Source of the DNA: Camelus ferus
Lineage: Eukaryota
Direction: 5' to 3'
Assembly: GCF_009834535.1 (NCBI RefSeq)
Contig: NC_045697.1
Location: 111,106,001-111,170,000, forward strand
DNA: 64,000 nt
Below, piece by piece: positions 23,792 to 36,439 of this stretch. A program made the translations under genes and the position numbers. The notes under the pieces are model-generated. The model saw only the letters and a list, made by a program, of their open reading frames with translations, was not told the origin of the DNA and did not search any database. Every line of letters begins with the position of its first letter. The stretch's first letter is position 1.

Positions 23792-26700
23792 TGTGCCAGC
23801 TGTTCATCTATTTTCTTTTGGTCCTAAAGTCACCTTAAAATACTATTTTCTGTGATGTTGGGGTGGGGACTCTGTAAATTTCATTTCCCAGTCAGTCAAA
23901 TGGCGGGAATTCCTGCTCAGTTTTGCCAGTAAAGGCAATAGAAGGAGATTGGCAAGCAAGGGGAGGAGAGATGAGACACACTCCTCTGTTTTCTCTGTTT
24001 CTCTTTGTGTTGATCAGCAGCAGTTGATAGCGTCAACCTTCGCCTTCTCTAAGCACTTCCAGGACCAGCGCTGTGGTACCTCCTCCCAGGCTCCAGCAGC
24101 AGCCACTTGGGATGCCCTTCTCTGAGATCTGAGGACCAATGAGTGGGCTCCTCCTTTAACCTTTTAGATCCTGGTAATTTTCTCACCTACCCCTCATCCG
24201 GAGGAGTAGGGCTGGGGGCTCCCTCCTGAGTTACTGTTATCTGGGTTACTGCAATGTTTCCTTTACCTTCAAACACTCATGTTACCAATTCTCTGTTTAA
24301 ATACCCTCTGTTCAAAATGCCTAATGTCTTTCCTGTTTTCTTGGTGGTTACAGTGCTAGGGACCAACAATGATCCCAGGAAACTGGCAAAGACAGGATTA
24401 TGGAATTATTTTACATACATACTTGACCTTGAACTTAATTAACGCTAAGTTCCTTGGCAGTAGAAACTGGGAAACTGATATTGTCTTGGCACGCGGTATT
24501 TAACTGAATTACTGCCTGCAGTTGCTTGGGATAAAGTGCTTATTGAAATCAATATCTTAGGGGACCAAGTGGCTGCTGCAGTTGACTGATACGGTGGTAA
24601 TAATAACTCTGATGACTGTGGGGCAGAGTGGCTATTTGTGACTGCGCTGGAGACCACACGAAAGGGAAATGATGTGCTCAGGGGTTTAATAATCTCAAAG
24701 CTTCTCTTGTGACACTGAAAGAATCTGTTATTTTTGTAGGAATGCACTTATTTTAGTTTGTATATAGCAGGGCAGATACAGCGGAAAATTAAACTCAACA
24801 TTTAAATACTTGGGTAAGTTACAGAATTACAATGGAAGGTATATTCGTAGATGTATTCGTAGATGTTGCAGCTGTTCTAAGGACATTGGGAAGGAATGGG
24901 GACATCGGGGTGGATACAAATAAAGCTGAAAAATCAGGAATCTGCTCTGAGCCTTCCTTTCACTGAGTGACTTATTCTCCTCAAGAGCTACCGCTCCTAC
25001 TGTATCTAGTCCTACCCTTAGAAAAATCTGAGTACTTTCCATAGACAAGTGAAAAATCCAACCCATGAAAGACAGGTTATACTCCAAAAGGATCACAATA
25101 TTTTCCTAAATTATATTGGCGTGAATCTAGGGATATAAGTGGAAATACGTTATAAGGATGTTTGATCAAGGAGGATGAAATGTGACATTGATCAGGACAA
25201 AGTAATCAACACAAGTATTCTTATTCCAGATTTAACATGATAGCTTGAGCAGACGAAAGTTGTTCTGACAGTTTTCTTAGTTTATCGGATTCAATGGCAG
25301 CCCTCTTTCAGATGGGATGAGAATTTCCTAACCTCGTCTAAAGGAAGTATTTAGGGATATAGGAACGTAAGAGTGGACTCAACTTGTGAAACTTGCACAC
25401 GCACCACTCCCACTATATCTCTTTAGAGGGCCCAGAGGCCATTCGCTTCACTAAGGCACGCACCCGTATCTTTGTAAAGCTCTGTGGTAGCTGTCATCTG
25501 AAGTCTAAAGATGGTGGTGGGAAATAGTGGCATTGAAAGGGGATCCCTCATTTCAATAGCTATCATGGAATCACAGAGTACCAGAGGTAGTAACACTAAC
25601 CTCAAGGACCAAGATTTATACAATTACTGTAATGGGCAGCAAGGAAGGGCTGGTGATTAGAATGTCTTGGCTTGCAGGGATCTTTGATGATGGTTACTTG
25701 ATTCCTAGGAGTGAAATATTCTAGGAGTGAAATATGTGGGCAGATTTCTAAAGTGTTACTTACTCAATATAGAAGGAAAACTCTTAAGTCTGATAGGTAA
25801 AAATTTGGCTTGAATCTTCAGTTTCTCATCCATTTCCCAAACTTAAACCAATTCACTGACCTGGAGTTCTTTGATTTGGAAGGGGGCTAAAAAGCTTTGA
25901 GAAAGGACTCTGCAATATTGCCACAATTACATACTGTGAAACTTATCTAAGCCTTTCCCAAAACATGCTTCCACACATTTAATTGGTATGACTGTGTGCT
26001 AGACTTAAATTGAAGCTAATCCAAGGAACTCAAAAAATCATTTTGGGCCACTGGCCAAAATGGGTGCCGATGCAGTTAAATAAGAAAATCCATCTCACTG
26101 TGGGTCAATTGAGAGGGAATTTGTAGTGGAAAAGGAGAGCTATGTATGTTTATTTCATGCTTAGGTAGTACATTGCAAAATAGCTATTTTTGCAGCCTCT
26201 CCCTTCAAGAGGTAGAATCTGTTTTTCCACATCTTGAAGCGGGCTGCCCTTGTGATTTGCTTTGGCCAATAGAACACAGCATAAGTAACACTGTGTGAAT
26301 TCTAAGCCCAGGTCTCAAGAAACTTTGTATCTTCCTGCTCTCTCTTTTGGAACTCTCCAACTGCCACATAAAAGAGCCTATCCTTGCCATGTGGAAGATG
26401 AAAAACCACATGGAACAGAGACAAACCATTATAACCAAGGCCCCAGACACATACCAGAGTCCAAAGACCAGCACAGCCATCCCAGCAGCTGACCACAGGC
26501 GGATGAGTAAATCCATCTGAGCCCAGAGGAGTCACTAACTTTTTTCATCCTTTATTTTATCCATATTACTTTGTGTAATGATTTTAATGAGATCATGACT
26601 GAACAAGATTTAACATCCTCTAGAGATGAGATATGGGTAAAGTGTGAGGGTGATTTCATTTGGATAGGAGAGAGCTGGACCCTGCTGGGCAGAAGCATGA

Positions 26701-27277
26701 GGTTGTTATTGTTGTTGCATGGAAGTCAAAATATGTGTAGAGGAGTTTTTATGAGCGCTGAGCTGGCAGAGCTGATGGCTTTATGATGGTGAGACTGAGG
26801 CTGGAAGTTAGCAAATTACACTTCCCAGTTGCCTTTGCCAGCTGGCTTCCTTGTAGGTTCTACTGACAGGATACATAGAAAGAAGGTGGGGGAGGGGACT
26901 TCCTTCTTATTGTCCCCCCTCTTTGCCAGCACTGCTCAGAAGCAGCAGTTGGATCCAGTCCCCAGTGTTTTATGACATTTGCAGCATAGCTCTGGGGCAC
27001 AATCTCAGGGGACGAGTAGCACGCTGGCAGAGGCCCCTCCCTTCGAAGAGTGAGAACCAGCCCTGCAGAGCCCTTCCTCTGAGCTCCTAGGTTCCGCTAA
27101 CCTACCCCTTCTCTTCTGTTCCCTGGTCCAGTGGATGGCACTTCTTGCTCACAGTTACCAATTTCTGTGTTACCCTTTTGCTCTTTAAGTCATCCAGCAC
27201 ATATGTAAGAGTCTCCTTGGTTTGAAAAATCCAGCGTTGTTTCTTTCCATTTCCTTGGCTATCCCCTAATCAACACA
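23792..27277 (+). mobile_element. Ancient ERVL-class provirus: LTR33-like 5' LTR (about 23792-24350), decayed gag-region internal sequence, 3' LTR (about 26780-27277)
   Basis: Starts TG (23792), ends CA (27277); 5-bp flanks aagac/aagcc; the two ends share decayed similarity (catttcccag/cacttcccag; cagcagcagttg/aagcagcagttg; gttactgttatctgggttac/gttaccaatttctgtgttac); L2 resumes in register on the right. Confidence 0.8.
26165..26535 (+). mobile_element. MLT1 (MaLR, MLT1G/H-like) LTR fragment nested in the ERVL internal region
   Basis: ctcccttcaagaggtagaatctgtttttccacatcttgaa...gtgatttgctttggccaatagaa...ttctaagcccaggtctcaaga. Confidence 0.8.
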
Positions 27278-27654
27278 AAGCCATTGAGGGGTTTGAGATC
27301 TGGAATGATTTGCCTTGCATTTAAACAGGATCACCTGGCTGCTGTGTTGCGTGCCCGAAAGGAGAGACCAGTTAGTCAGCAGAAATAGATGAAGAGAGCT
27401 TGGGCCTGAGGGTCAAGGAGTGTTAAATTCTGCGTATATTTTGAAGGTATTGATGATGAGGTTTGTAGCTAGACCAGGTGTGAGTTTTGAGGAAATAGGA
27501 AAAGTCTGAATTATGATCTAGGAGATTAGGACACCGAATGGAGTAGGGAAATTTAGTGTCAATGTTAGGCCACAGTTAAGATTAGTGATCACAAAGTTAA
27601 AAGTGAGGCCAGTCGGCACAGCTGTGTGTTTCTTACAGGCATGGTTCTCCAGTG

Positions 27655-28068
27655 GTTCTATTTGTTAAGGTAATGCCAGCTGCTGTGATGGGTTAACTGT
27701 GAACTCTTAGTGGCTAACACAATAGACATTTATATATCAGTGACCTTAAGTCTAATTGGGAGTGGGACGTGGCAGCAGAGGTAGTATCTGAAGTTGTGCG
27801 TCTGGATCTTTCCACGCTCGCAGTGGACAGAAGGTCAAAACAGGTGCTACAAAGTTAGGATCTTGACACCCGGTTGGGAAATTGGAGGAGAGAGAAAAAG
27901 GAGGATCTCAAAAATTTTATTTATGCCAGGCCTGGGAGGGATATGCAGCATTTCTGCGTTAAAAATTCAATGCCATAGCTACAACAGAGGCTGGGAAAGA
28001 TCATCTAACTTTGCACCCAGCGGGGAAGGGAAATAGACTTGGTGAGCTGTTAGTCAGTCTCTGTGGAA
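27655..28068 (-). mobile_element. MLT1 (MLT1J-like) LTR
   Basis: gttaaggtaatgccagctgctgt...cttagtggctaacacaatagacatttat...gaggctgggaaagatcatcta...ggtgagctgttagtcagtctctg. Confidence 0.7.
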
Positions 28069-29659
28069 AGGACAGACCTGGTCTGTCGAAGCACACAGAG
28101 ACCAGGCAAAAGTGAGAGAAAGGCAACGGTTCAGAGCACATGTGAAGAATGATTATGACAGACCATGAATTTAAACTGGATAAGGAAAAAGCGAGGGCAT
28201 GGAGTGCAAAGACGTGAGAGCTGATATGCTGAGGTGCCAGAGTGGTGAAAGGATTGTTAGATTTGCCATGCTGGTGAATATTAGCTGGCAAGATAGGAGG
28301 TGCTGGTTGGAGAATAAGATGTTTGAAATGGAAAATTTGGGTGAGCTGCCATGTTGCCATTTACAAAGACAAGAGCAAGACCCTGTGTCTGAGATGGGGG
28401 AAGATCAGTGAGAGAGAGTCAAGCAATTTAGATTCCGCCATACTGAAACGTTGAAGAGAGTAATAGTGAGTCAGGTGCTGAAAACGTCAAGGAATGAGGA
28501 AATATGAAAATGAGAACAGTGGGTGATTTAGAAAGCTATTTAAAGGGTAAAAAGACAAGACGTGGTGACTGACTATTGGCAGTGGAAATAAAGGAAGTGT
28601 CAACAGTCAATCCCAGGGTTTCTCACTGGTGCAAATGGTTAGTTTAGCCACTTACATTGGAGGAACACTCTATTGTAACTGTCTTTAGGAGATAAATTGT
28701 AAGTTGATCATTAGATATATAGAGTTTGAAATTTCTCTCTCTCAAATATTCTAACGGAAATTTTAAGGAGATTGTTTGAAATCTAAAGGTCAAGAGCTCA
28801 GAGAAGACAGATACGAAATATATATTTGACTTATTAGAAAATAAACAATATTTAAGACCACATATTGATAATATCATCTGGAGAGCTATTTGAAACAGAA
28901 CTGAGCCTTGAGACATACTGAAAAACTGAGGCACAAAGAGAACACTTTTATTTGTTCCATTTACCATAATTATCTAGAAATAAGTACACTCATGTTGATT
29001 AATTTGGCTTGATCCAGTATTTCATCCTCCTTGGTTTGTAACTCTTACATATATTCTCATATATATCCCCTAGGTTTATACCAATATAACCGAGAAAAAT
29101 AATCTTTTGGAGTGTAACCTATTTCTTCCTAGGTTAGATTTTTTACTTGTCCTTATTGGAATGTACTCAAGTCTTTCTAGTTATAGGTCTAGACACCATA
29201 GGAGTGGTACAGATAAGTTTTTGAGGAGAATCAGTACCCCACTGAAAGAAAGCTTAAAGTAGCTTCAAGATTTTCATCTTTGTTCACGTCTTCCCAAATA
29301 TCCGCACTCTTCCTTATCAATGCCCTAATTTTCACTGAAGGACATTTGATAGTCTGTGAATATACCTTATATTTTGACTTTATAACTAACCCAGATACTT
29401 AAATGTTGAGTTTAATTTTCAGCCATTTCTGCTCTGCCATAAACAAATAAAAATAAATACATATATACAAAAGTATGCGTTCTTTTAGGACCATAAGAAC
29501 ATCTATTTGAATTGAAATTGTTAAATCCCTAATCATGTCATTTTCCTTTTTGTATGGTCTCCATGGCAGACGTAAACAGCCATCTACTGAAACCAAGAGA
29601 ATGTGAAGTTTAGGGGTGAAAAAAATAGAGTTATTCAAGAAGGAAGGAGTGGTCAAGAA

Positions 29660-29930
29660 AATTAATAGTAACCTTTATTGAGAGCTTACTCGATGCCAAG
29701 CTATGGTCTAAGAAATTTATAAACATTCATTAAGTTTATTCTTACAACATTCCTGTGAAGTAAGTACTATTTTTTTTATCTCTGCTTTACAAAGAAGGAA
29801 ATTGAGTCATAGAGATTATTTTTAATTAATTGCTTTAAGTCCCAGCTAGTAATTGGCAGATCCAAGAATCTAACCCAGGCTGTCTGACTCCAGAGCCCAC
29901 AGATTTAACAACTACTTTATACTAACTTCT
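29660..29930 (-). mobile_element. MIR SINE
   Basis: ctttattgagagcttactcgatgccaagc...tttacaaagaaggaaattgagtcatagaga...aacccaggctgtctgactccagagccc. Confidence 0.9.
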
Positions 29931-30879
29931 AACCAAAAGTGGTCAGCAGTACTCAGAGAAAAGTAGGCCATGCAATAAGAAATTGGTGTTTGGATTATTG
30001 GCATGGAGGCCATTGTTGATGGTAGTAAGAGCTGTGTTGGTGGAGCAGCAGAACATGGGGCTCAGCAGAGTATGTTACGAAACTGGTGGCAGTGGGTAAG
30101 AAAAGGATACAGGCAGGGAGGGTTCTCAACACCAAGAAATTTGACTGTCAAGGTTATGAGAAGACAAGAGATAAGATGACAGAAGTAAAACTGGGGTCCA
30201 GGGAATTTTTTTTTGTTTTTTGTTTTTTGTTTTATTTTTAAAATAAAAATAACTCTTTAAATGCTTATAAGAAGGGTTCATTTGAGAAAGAAGGAGGTTG
30301 ATTCCCTAGAGCAGTGGAATAGTAGAGCATTCTTCCTGGGGGGTGAGAGGGGACTGAATCTAGGGCACTGCAGGAGGACTGGCCTTCAACGGGGTCAGGA
30401 GCAACCCTGCTTCTATTTGAACAGGAGGGAAAGAGAATAGGGTGGGTGCAAATGCAATTGTGTTTATAGGCTGAGCGCCTAGGAATTAAGGGTGCTCTCA
30501 TCTGATAGCTTCCATTTTTCTTTTTGAAAGTAAATTCACCTGGGCTGGAAAAATGATGGGTCTGGGTGTGGTGCAAATAGATATTGAGAAAAATATAGAA
30601 TACGTGAATAATGGAGGCCAGTGAGAGATTTGTTAACAATCTAGATGAGGTCAGTGATGATAAATTTATAGTGTTATTTTGTTCTGTTTGTTACTTCCTC
30701 CAGTATAATTTGCTTCCAAAACACAGAAAATGGATTTTTTTTTGAATTTAGTTTTGCTAAATGAATGTAATGAAAAAAAAGAAACAGAAGGAATTGGAGT
30801 TTACAAGGGAAAAAAAAAGAATAATTGAAATAATGGACCATGGAATCTAAGCTGAACAGGAAGGCAGTAAAGATAAGGA

Positions 30880-30950
30880 TTATGGTAATGGTTGTGGTCA
30901 TGGCCATGGTCGTGCTTATGGTTAGGTTAGAATTAGGCTTAGGGTAAGGG
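30880..30950 (+). repeat. Degenerate hexamer array resembling (TTAGGG)n
   Basis: ttatgg taatgg ttgtgg tcatgg ccatgg tcgtgc ttatgg ttagg ttagaa ttaggc ttaggg taaggg. Confidence 0.7.
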
Positions 30951-31909
30951 TACAGAATGTGGAAGGGACAAAGAACTAAAGATCCTGAAAAGATTGAAGA
31001 GTAGTCATCATAAGATTAGCTGAAAAAATAAACTCATTATGAACTGATGATGAGTTAAATTTTATTAGTTTCAGATTATGGCCAGTCCAGATTATGGCCT
31101 TAAGAATGTATATCAGAGTGAAGTAGAGGAAAACATTGGAAACAAGTGATTAGAGTCCTGAATAGGAGTGGAAGATCATGGATCTGGAAATTTTACAGGA
31201 TGCTAGCAGGAATCTGGGATGAAAAGGAAGGTGTTCAGTGAAGGAGGTGAAGTTAGTGAGTGGTTGGCAGGAGCCACCCATAAGGGATGGGAGTGAGTGA
31301 CAGGACTGAGCGGCAAGCCTCCCAACAGCAGGAGTGCTCCCTGGACAGTGGGAAAGAGATGCCTGGGGTCTGCTACCCTTACTGCTCACGCTTAATACAT
31401 GGAGGTGACAGAAATAAAAGCCACTTCCTGCAGGTGAAACTAGGCTCTCAAGAGAATCAGGGTCCAGTTGAGGCAGAGGTGGAAGGAATGTTCTGAACAG
31501 AAGTCGATGGTATAGAGGAATTTTTCCAGTATGGAATAGATCTTTTAGGAGGTACTGTTGCGTGAAGGGAGAGAAAGGTAAAGGAGGAGGGGCTGGGTGA
31601 AGTTGTCTCAGGAAGGTAAAAGTATAATGCAGTACAAAATAGATTTTTTTTTTTTTGGCAATAGATTATGCTGTTTTTTTTTTTTTAAAAGAGGTCACTG
31701 AGACTTTAGATATGGGCTGAATTAAACAGGAAGTAAAAGCCTGGGAATTTGTGAATTTAGTCCTGACAGTCTTTTTGAAGGAGGCGGAGTTGAGGGACTG
31801 ATATAGCGCTTGGCTCACCCAACTTGAGGCAACGATGGTTTGGCCACAGAAGTTTTAGAGCAGAGCACAGGGTCTGAGTGGTGTCATGGCCACACCTCTG
31901 CTGGCCAGC

Positions 31910-32095
31910 ATGTTTATTACTTGTCTAAATGTTTGTTACTTTGGCTACGATCTGTTATTGAACGTGTTGCATTTTGTTTGTTTACAGATCTCCTCTACTA
32001 AACTCTGGTTCCCAAAGGGCAAAAACTGAATCTTTTCTTTTTTGTCGTTAGCACTTGGCTTAGTGCTTGTTCAATAAATATTTGATCCAATGACT
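31910..32095 (+). mobile_element. L2 3' end
   Basis: tagcacttggcttagtgcttgttcaataaatatttgatccaatga. Confidence 0.7.
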
Positions 32096-32954
32096 TAAAA
32101 CTCACTATTTCTAGTTCACATTCATTGCATAGTCTGCTACTCCATAAAGCTTATCAATGCTACGCTAGTTCATAATTACTTCCCAAAATTTTTAAAGTCT
32201 AGATATACAGAGAAGTTGGATACAAACAAGAGGAAAAATGTGGAAACAATAGTTTGTGTACAAATCAGTGATAAGAGAGAGGAAACCAATTAGCATTCTT
32301 TTCATTATCAGCTGTTTTCAATTGTGTTATGATGACCTGGATAGGATTTCCTGTAAGAACTGAATCATGAACAAATAAATAAATAAAAGAGAACTAAGTC
32401 GACTGCTTAACTGTGTTTGACATATAAGTAACCAATCTGGAATAATTATTCCAATAATAAATAGCTTAATGGACTTTAGTGGATTGTTGACAGTTGACGT
32501 TTTATAATGACACCCTTCCTCATTTGCATCATCAGATAATATAGTCAAACTTCCTTATAAAGAGTTAAATTTTATTCAATACATCAAAATCCAATCAGAA
32601 CCTTAATTTTTAATGATTTCCAGTTACAATTTACATCTTTCCTACCGAGTGAGAAAATGTTCTCCTGTTCTGCTGGAATTCTGAACCTTTTTTTACTAGT
32701 TGGATTTTAGTTCCTGACCATGGGCTTTTAGGGCATATTGTAAAATAGTAGAGTCGTGTGCAGTTTCCTCAAACATTATCAAATATAGTTCTTGCCAAAT
32801 TCAAGTGTTGAAAAAAGGTAAGAGTCTTGCAGGGAGAAGCAGAATAACATTTCACAAGGTGAGGTTTTAAGCTGATCTCTAACACAATTACACTTGCCTT
32901 TTCAATCAGTCATAGATTTCTCTAAGGTTTTAATATTGGAGTAAACTTATTATC

Positions 32955-33190
32955 AGAATTACTTCTTATCACGTGCCTACCCTGTGTTGGATGATCGACA
33001 GTATCTCATGTTCTCCTAAAAACAATCCTGAAAAGTTTTATTTATAGCTCTCAGATTACAAATGATAAAATTTGGGTTCAGAAAAACTAAAAGTTATCTT
33101 CTGTCACAAGGCTTTAAAAAGAGCACCTGAAATTTATGATCAGGTTTACTAAGCCCCATCCCCATGCTCTTTGTTATTATATCACATTAC
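32955..33190 (-). mobile_element. MIR SINE (decayed)
   Basis: ctcatgttctcctaaaaacaatcctga...attacaaatgataaaatttgggttcaga. Confidence 0.7.
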
Positions 33191-33244
33191 CTCTGCACCA
33201 CACCATGTTTACTAGTGTTTCCTTAGGGGCAAAGTCAAACGTGT

Positions 33245-33307
33245 GCACATGCACACTCACACACTCACACATGCCCATGCACACACACACACACACACAC
33301 ACACACA
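33245..33307. repeat. (CA)n microsatellite with imperfect 5' flank
   Basis: Direct reading. Confidence 0.95.
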
Positions 33308-33769
33308 GCAATAAGCCCTGGACAGGACAGAAGAAATCAGGTCCAGTTGAATGAAAACTAAACAATGATTCTAATGAAAATTTTAATATTTTATGTCTTT
33401 AGTTTCTTGTTGACCTTTTTGTTTTTTCATTTTATTGGGGAAAGCTAGTTTTTTTGCAGAAAGATTCTTCATTGCTTTGTAGTTTTGTGATACAGGGTCA
33501 AATTTAAAAGATAAAATTAATAGCAGAAGGATGTTACATTTAAATAAAAAATGCAGCTTCATCCTCATAGTAAGTCCACCAAAAGCAGAAACTTTATCTT
33601 TGGCTGGGGTGGTAGTTTCCCACTCAAACAGGTGCCACCAATTTAACGTTGGCCAAGATTTCTACGCGTGACAAAAGGACCAGTTTGTTACAACCGCTTA
33701 TATAATCTTGAAATACAGCAAGCAAGTTCATTGTTGAGCCATGTTAAGAATTATTGGTACATTGAACTA

Positions 33770-34068
33770 TAGTTCCACAGAACTTTCTTTGCAATTCCAA
33801 AACCCAAAAATGTTTAGAAACAAAGTTTTGGATGAGTGTGGTACTAGAACTGACTTGGCTTCCCAGCAAACATGAAGCTGCACACAGTCTTTAACTTACT
33901 TCATATGCATTTTCATATTTCACTACAAAATATTAATATTTTAATTAGGGAATGATACAGCTGCTGTGTAATATACGGTACCTGCCTCACATTCCTACCC
34001 TAAACTCCAGACACTTCCTTATACCAAACATCTGCCCCAAGAGTTTTGGAAAATTAGCTTTAAAACTA
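33770..34068. mobile_element. Probable TcMar-Tigger-family non-autonomous element
   Basis: agttccacagaactttctttgcaattccaaaacccaaaaa...aaacatctgccccaagagttttggaaaa resembles Tigger-derived MITE ends; subfamily uncertain. Confidence 0.5.
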
Positions 34069-34269
34069 CACGTTTCTCTTTCATGTTCAGCTCTGCTGCA
34101 ATTGTAACAAAGTGACCTTAAGTTTATACTAGTAAATTTTTACTAGTTCAGCATATTTAACTTGAAATAATGGGACATATTTCATAATTAATAATGTACA
34201 AATGAGTAGACTTCCTGTGGGAGGGCATCCACCCTTTGCAGAGGTGAATATGGCCTTTTTCTTTTACAC

Positions 34270-35240
34270 TGTGAAGTCACACATGTTCAACAGCCAGGTC
34301 GCAGGGCATCTCCATCACACCCAAAAGCTTCTTCAGGCCCTTTTGCAGCTAATCCTCTTTCCACCATCAGAACGGCAACCACTTCTGCCACAAGAGAATG
34401 GATTATACAATATGTATTCCTTTCTGTCTGGCTTCTTTCACTCAACTTCATGATTTGGGAATTTACCCACCTTCTTGCATGCATCAATTTTTTAAATTGT
34501 TGAGACATATTCATTGTATGCGTATTTCACAATTTGTTTATCTATTTAATTCTGTTTATAGGCGTTTGGGATGTTTTTATTATTGGGGTTGTGGTAAGTA
34601 AATTTGCCATGAGCACAGGTGTACAGGTCTTTTTGTGGTTGTATGTTTTCATCTTTTCTTCAAAAAATTCCTAAAAGCGAAGTAAATGAGTCTGTACAAA
34701 ATGTGTACACTTAACTACAAGAAATCGACAAACTGCTTTCTAAAGTAATTTACCATTTTCACCCCCACTAACAGCATATGAGGGTTTCGATTGCTACGCT
34801 TACTCAGCACAGATGGCATTGTCGAAGTTTTGTTTTGTTTGACCTGTCTAATGGGTATGAAGTAGCACCTTGTGCTTTTAATTGGCATTTTCCTGATGGC
34901 TAATGAAGTTTGGCACCTGTCCCCGAGCCTACTGGCCATTTATATGTTCTTCCTGTGAGGTGTTTGCTCAGATATCCCTCCACTCGTTTATTTTGCTCAT
35001 CTTCTTGTTGAATCATGAGAATTCTTTCTAGATTCTGGATTCAAGTCCTTTGTCAGGCACATGTGTTGTGACCATTTCCTTCAGCCTGTGGCTTGACTTT
35101 TCATTTTCTTAGTATTGTCTTTTGCAGAGCAGTTGTTTTTATTTTTCATTAAGTTCAATTAAAAAAATTTTGTATGGCACATGCTTACTTGTGTTAATAA
35201 ATCTTTGCTTACCTAGTCCTGAAAAGATTTTCTTTGATTA
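34270..35240 (-). mobile_element. Old LINE-1 (L1MB/ME-like) 3' ORF2/UTR fragment
   Basis: ORF 34715-34939 (SLAIRKMPIKSTRCYFIPIR) is a decayed L1 ORF2 C-terminus; tttctgtctggcttctttcactcaac. Confidence 0.88.
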
Positions 35241-35549
35241 CAACTGTTCAAAAATAAAAACAACTCTCCTTTTTAGTTCTTACTGAATGAGAAACTTGGC
35301 CAGATAAATATTAAACTTCTTAATGAGTATTTATAAAATTAGTTTCTGAAATTTTCTACAATAAAACCTGTCCTAGGTATTTTTCTAAATAATATGGGTG
35401 AATCAGAGGTTGATATTTCCAGTTCTCAGTGAACATACACTATATTAGGAGAAATAAAAGAAGTGTAATTCAAGGGTCAATGTGCTAAGTGCTTCAAAAC
35501 ATATAACCATATCTCTAAAGAAAGATGGTCTAAGCACCAGAAGATCACT

Positions 35550-35817
35550 TTTTAAAAATTGTTTTTAACATTTTTTAAAAATTGAGTTATAGTCAGTTTA
35601 CAATGCTGTGTCAATTTCCAGTGTAGAGCACAATTTTTTCAGTTATACATGAACATACATATATTCATTGTCAAAATTTGTAGATACTGACAGGCATATG
35701 TAGAATAAATAAACAAGATTATACAGTATAGCACAGAGAAATATATACAAGATCTTGTGGTAGCTCACAGCAAAATAGAATGTGACAATGAATATATGTG
35801 TGAATGTATGTATGTTC
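35550..35817 (-). mobile_element. Young camelid-type L1 3' fragment with 5' inversion
   Basis: Antisense 3' end 35550-35672 joined to a sense-oriented upstream piece 35673-35817; TSD aagatcact at 35541-35549 and 35818-35826. Confidence 0.9.
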
Positions 35818-36439
35818 AAGATCACTCGTGACTGAGCAAGAAAAGCTTTATGAAAAAGGCAGCATGCACCCTGCGCTGTGGATCATGGCAAAATTTCAGT
35901 AGACAGAGGTGTAGAAAGGGCATCCAGCACAGCATGGTATAAATAGGAGGAGGGAGGCAAATTTTTTTAAAAATAGGCATGTTCAGGCAACAATGTGGAT
36001 ATGTAATTTAGCTGAAGGTTAACTCCATTTTAGGTGAATAGTGAGACATAAAGCTGGAAAACAAGTTTGGAGGATGGGTGGAAGGAGGGTCATGCTGTGT
36101 TTCGTGCTGCTTACCTGACTAAGTAGTTGTACATTCTTTCTGAAGGGACACCCATTGATAATTTCAAGTTGAGAAAGAGTATGGTTCAAGGAGGTGCTCT
36201 AGAAGGTTTTCATGTAGCCTTGATGAGAAAGCTTCAAGGGGTAAAGATGCAGTCAAGAGAGACATCAATTAGAACTCAGCTGGAAGGGGCTGGACTCCAC
36301 TGCCTGGTATTGTGTTTCTTCTCTTACTTTTTATTTTCATGCATTCATGTTCTGTCTCTTCATCATGATTGTGAGACTCTTTTTTTTAAAAGATGGGCTG
36401 TGACTTATTCTTCTTTTCATATTTTCCATCCAGCAACTT

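Larger units (their letters stand above)
27278..31770 (-). mobile_element. Fragmented L2 sequence, interrupted by MLT1 (27655-28068), unique DNA (about 28940-29580) and MIR (29660-29930)
   Basis: Purine-rich L2 phrases: taaacaggatcacctggctgctgtgttg; ttcaagaaggaaggagtggtcaa; ggaggccattgttgatggtagtaagagctgtgttggtggag; boundaries approximate. Confidence 0.7.

Noticed and set aside
24350..26780. ERVL gag as a domesticated retroviral gene
   Set aside because: No long sense-strand ORF survives; interrupted by MLT1 and small duplications
32438..32453. Perfect 16-bp palindrome TGGAATAATTATTCCA
   Set aside because: About one such palindrome is expected by chance in 64 kb of AT-rich DNA
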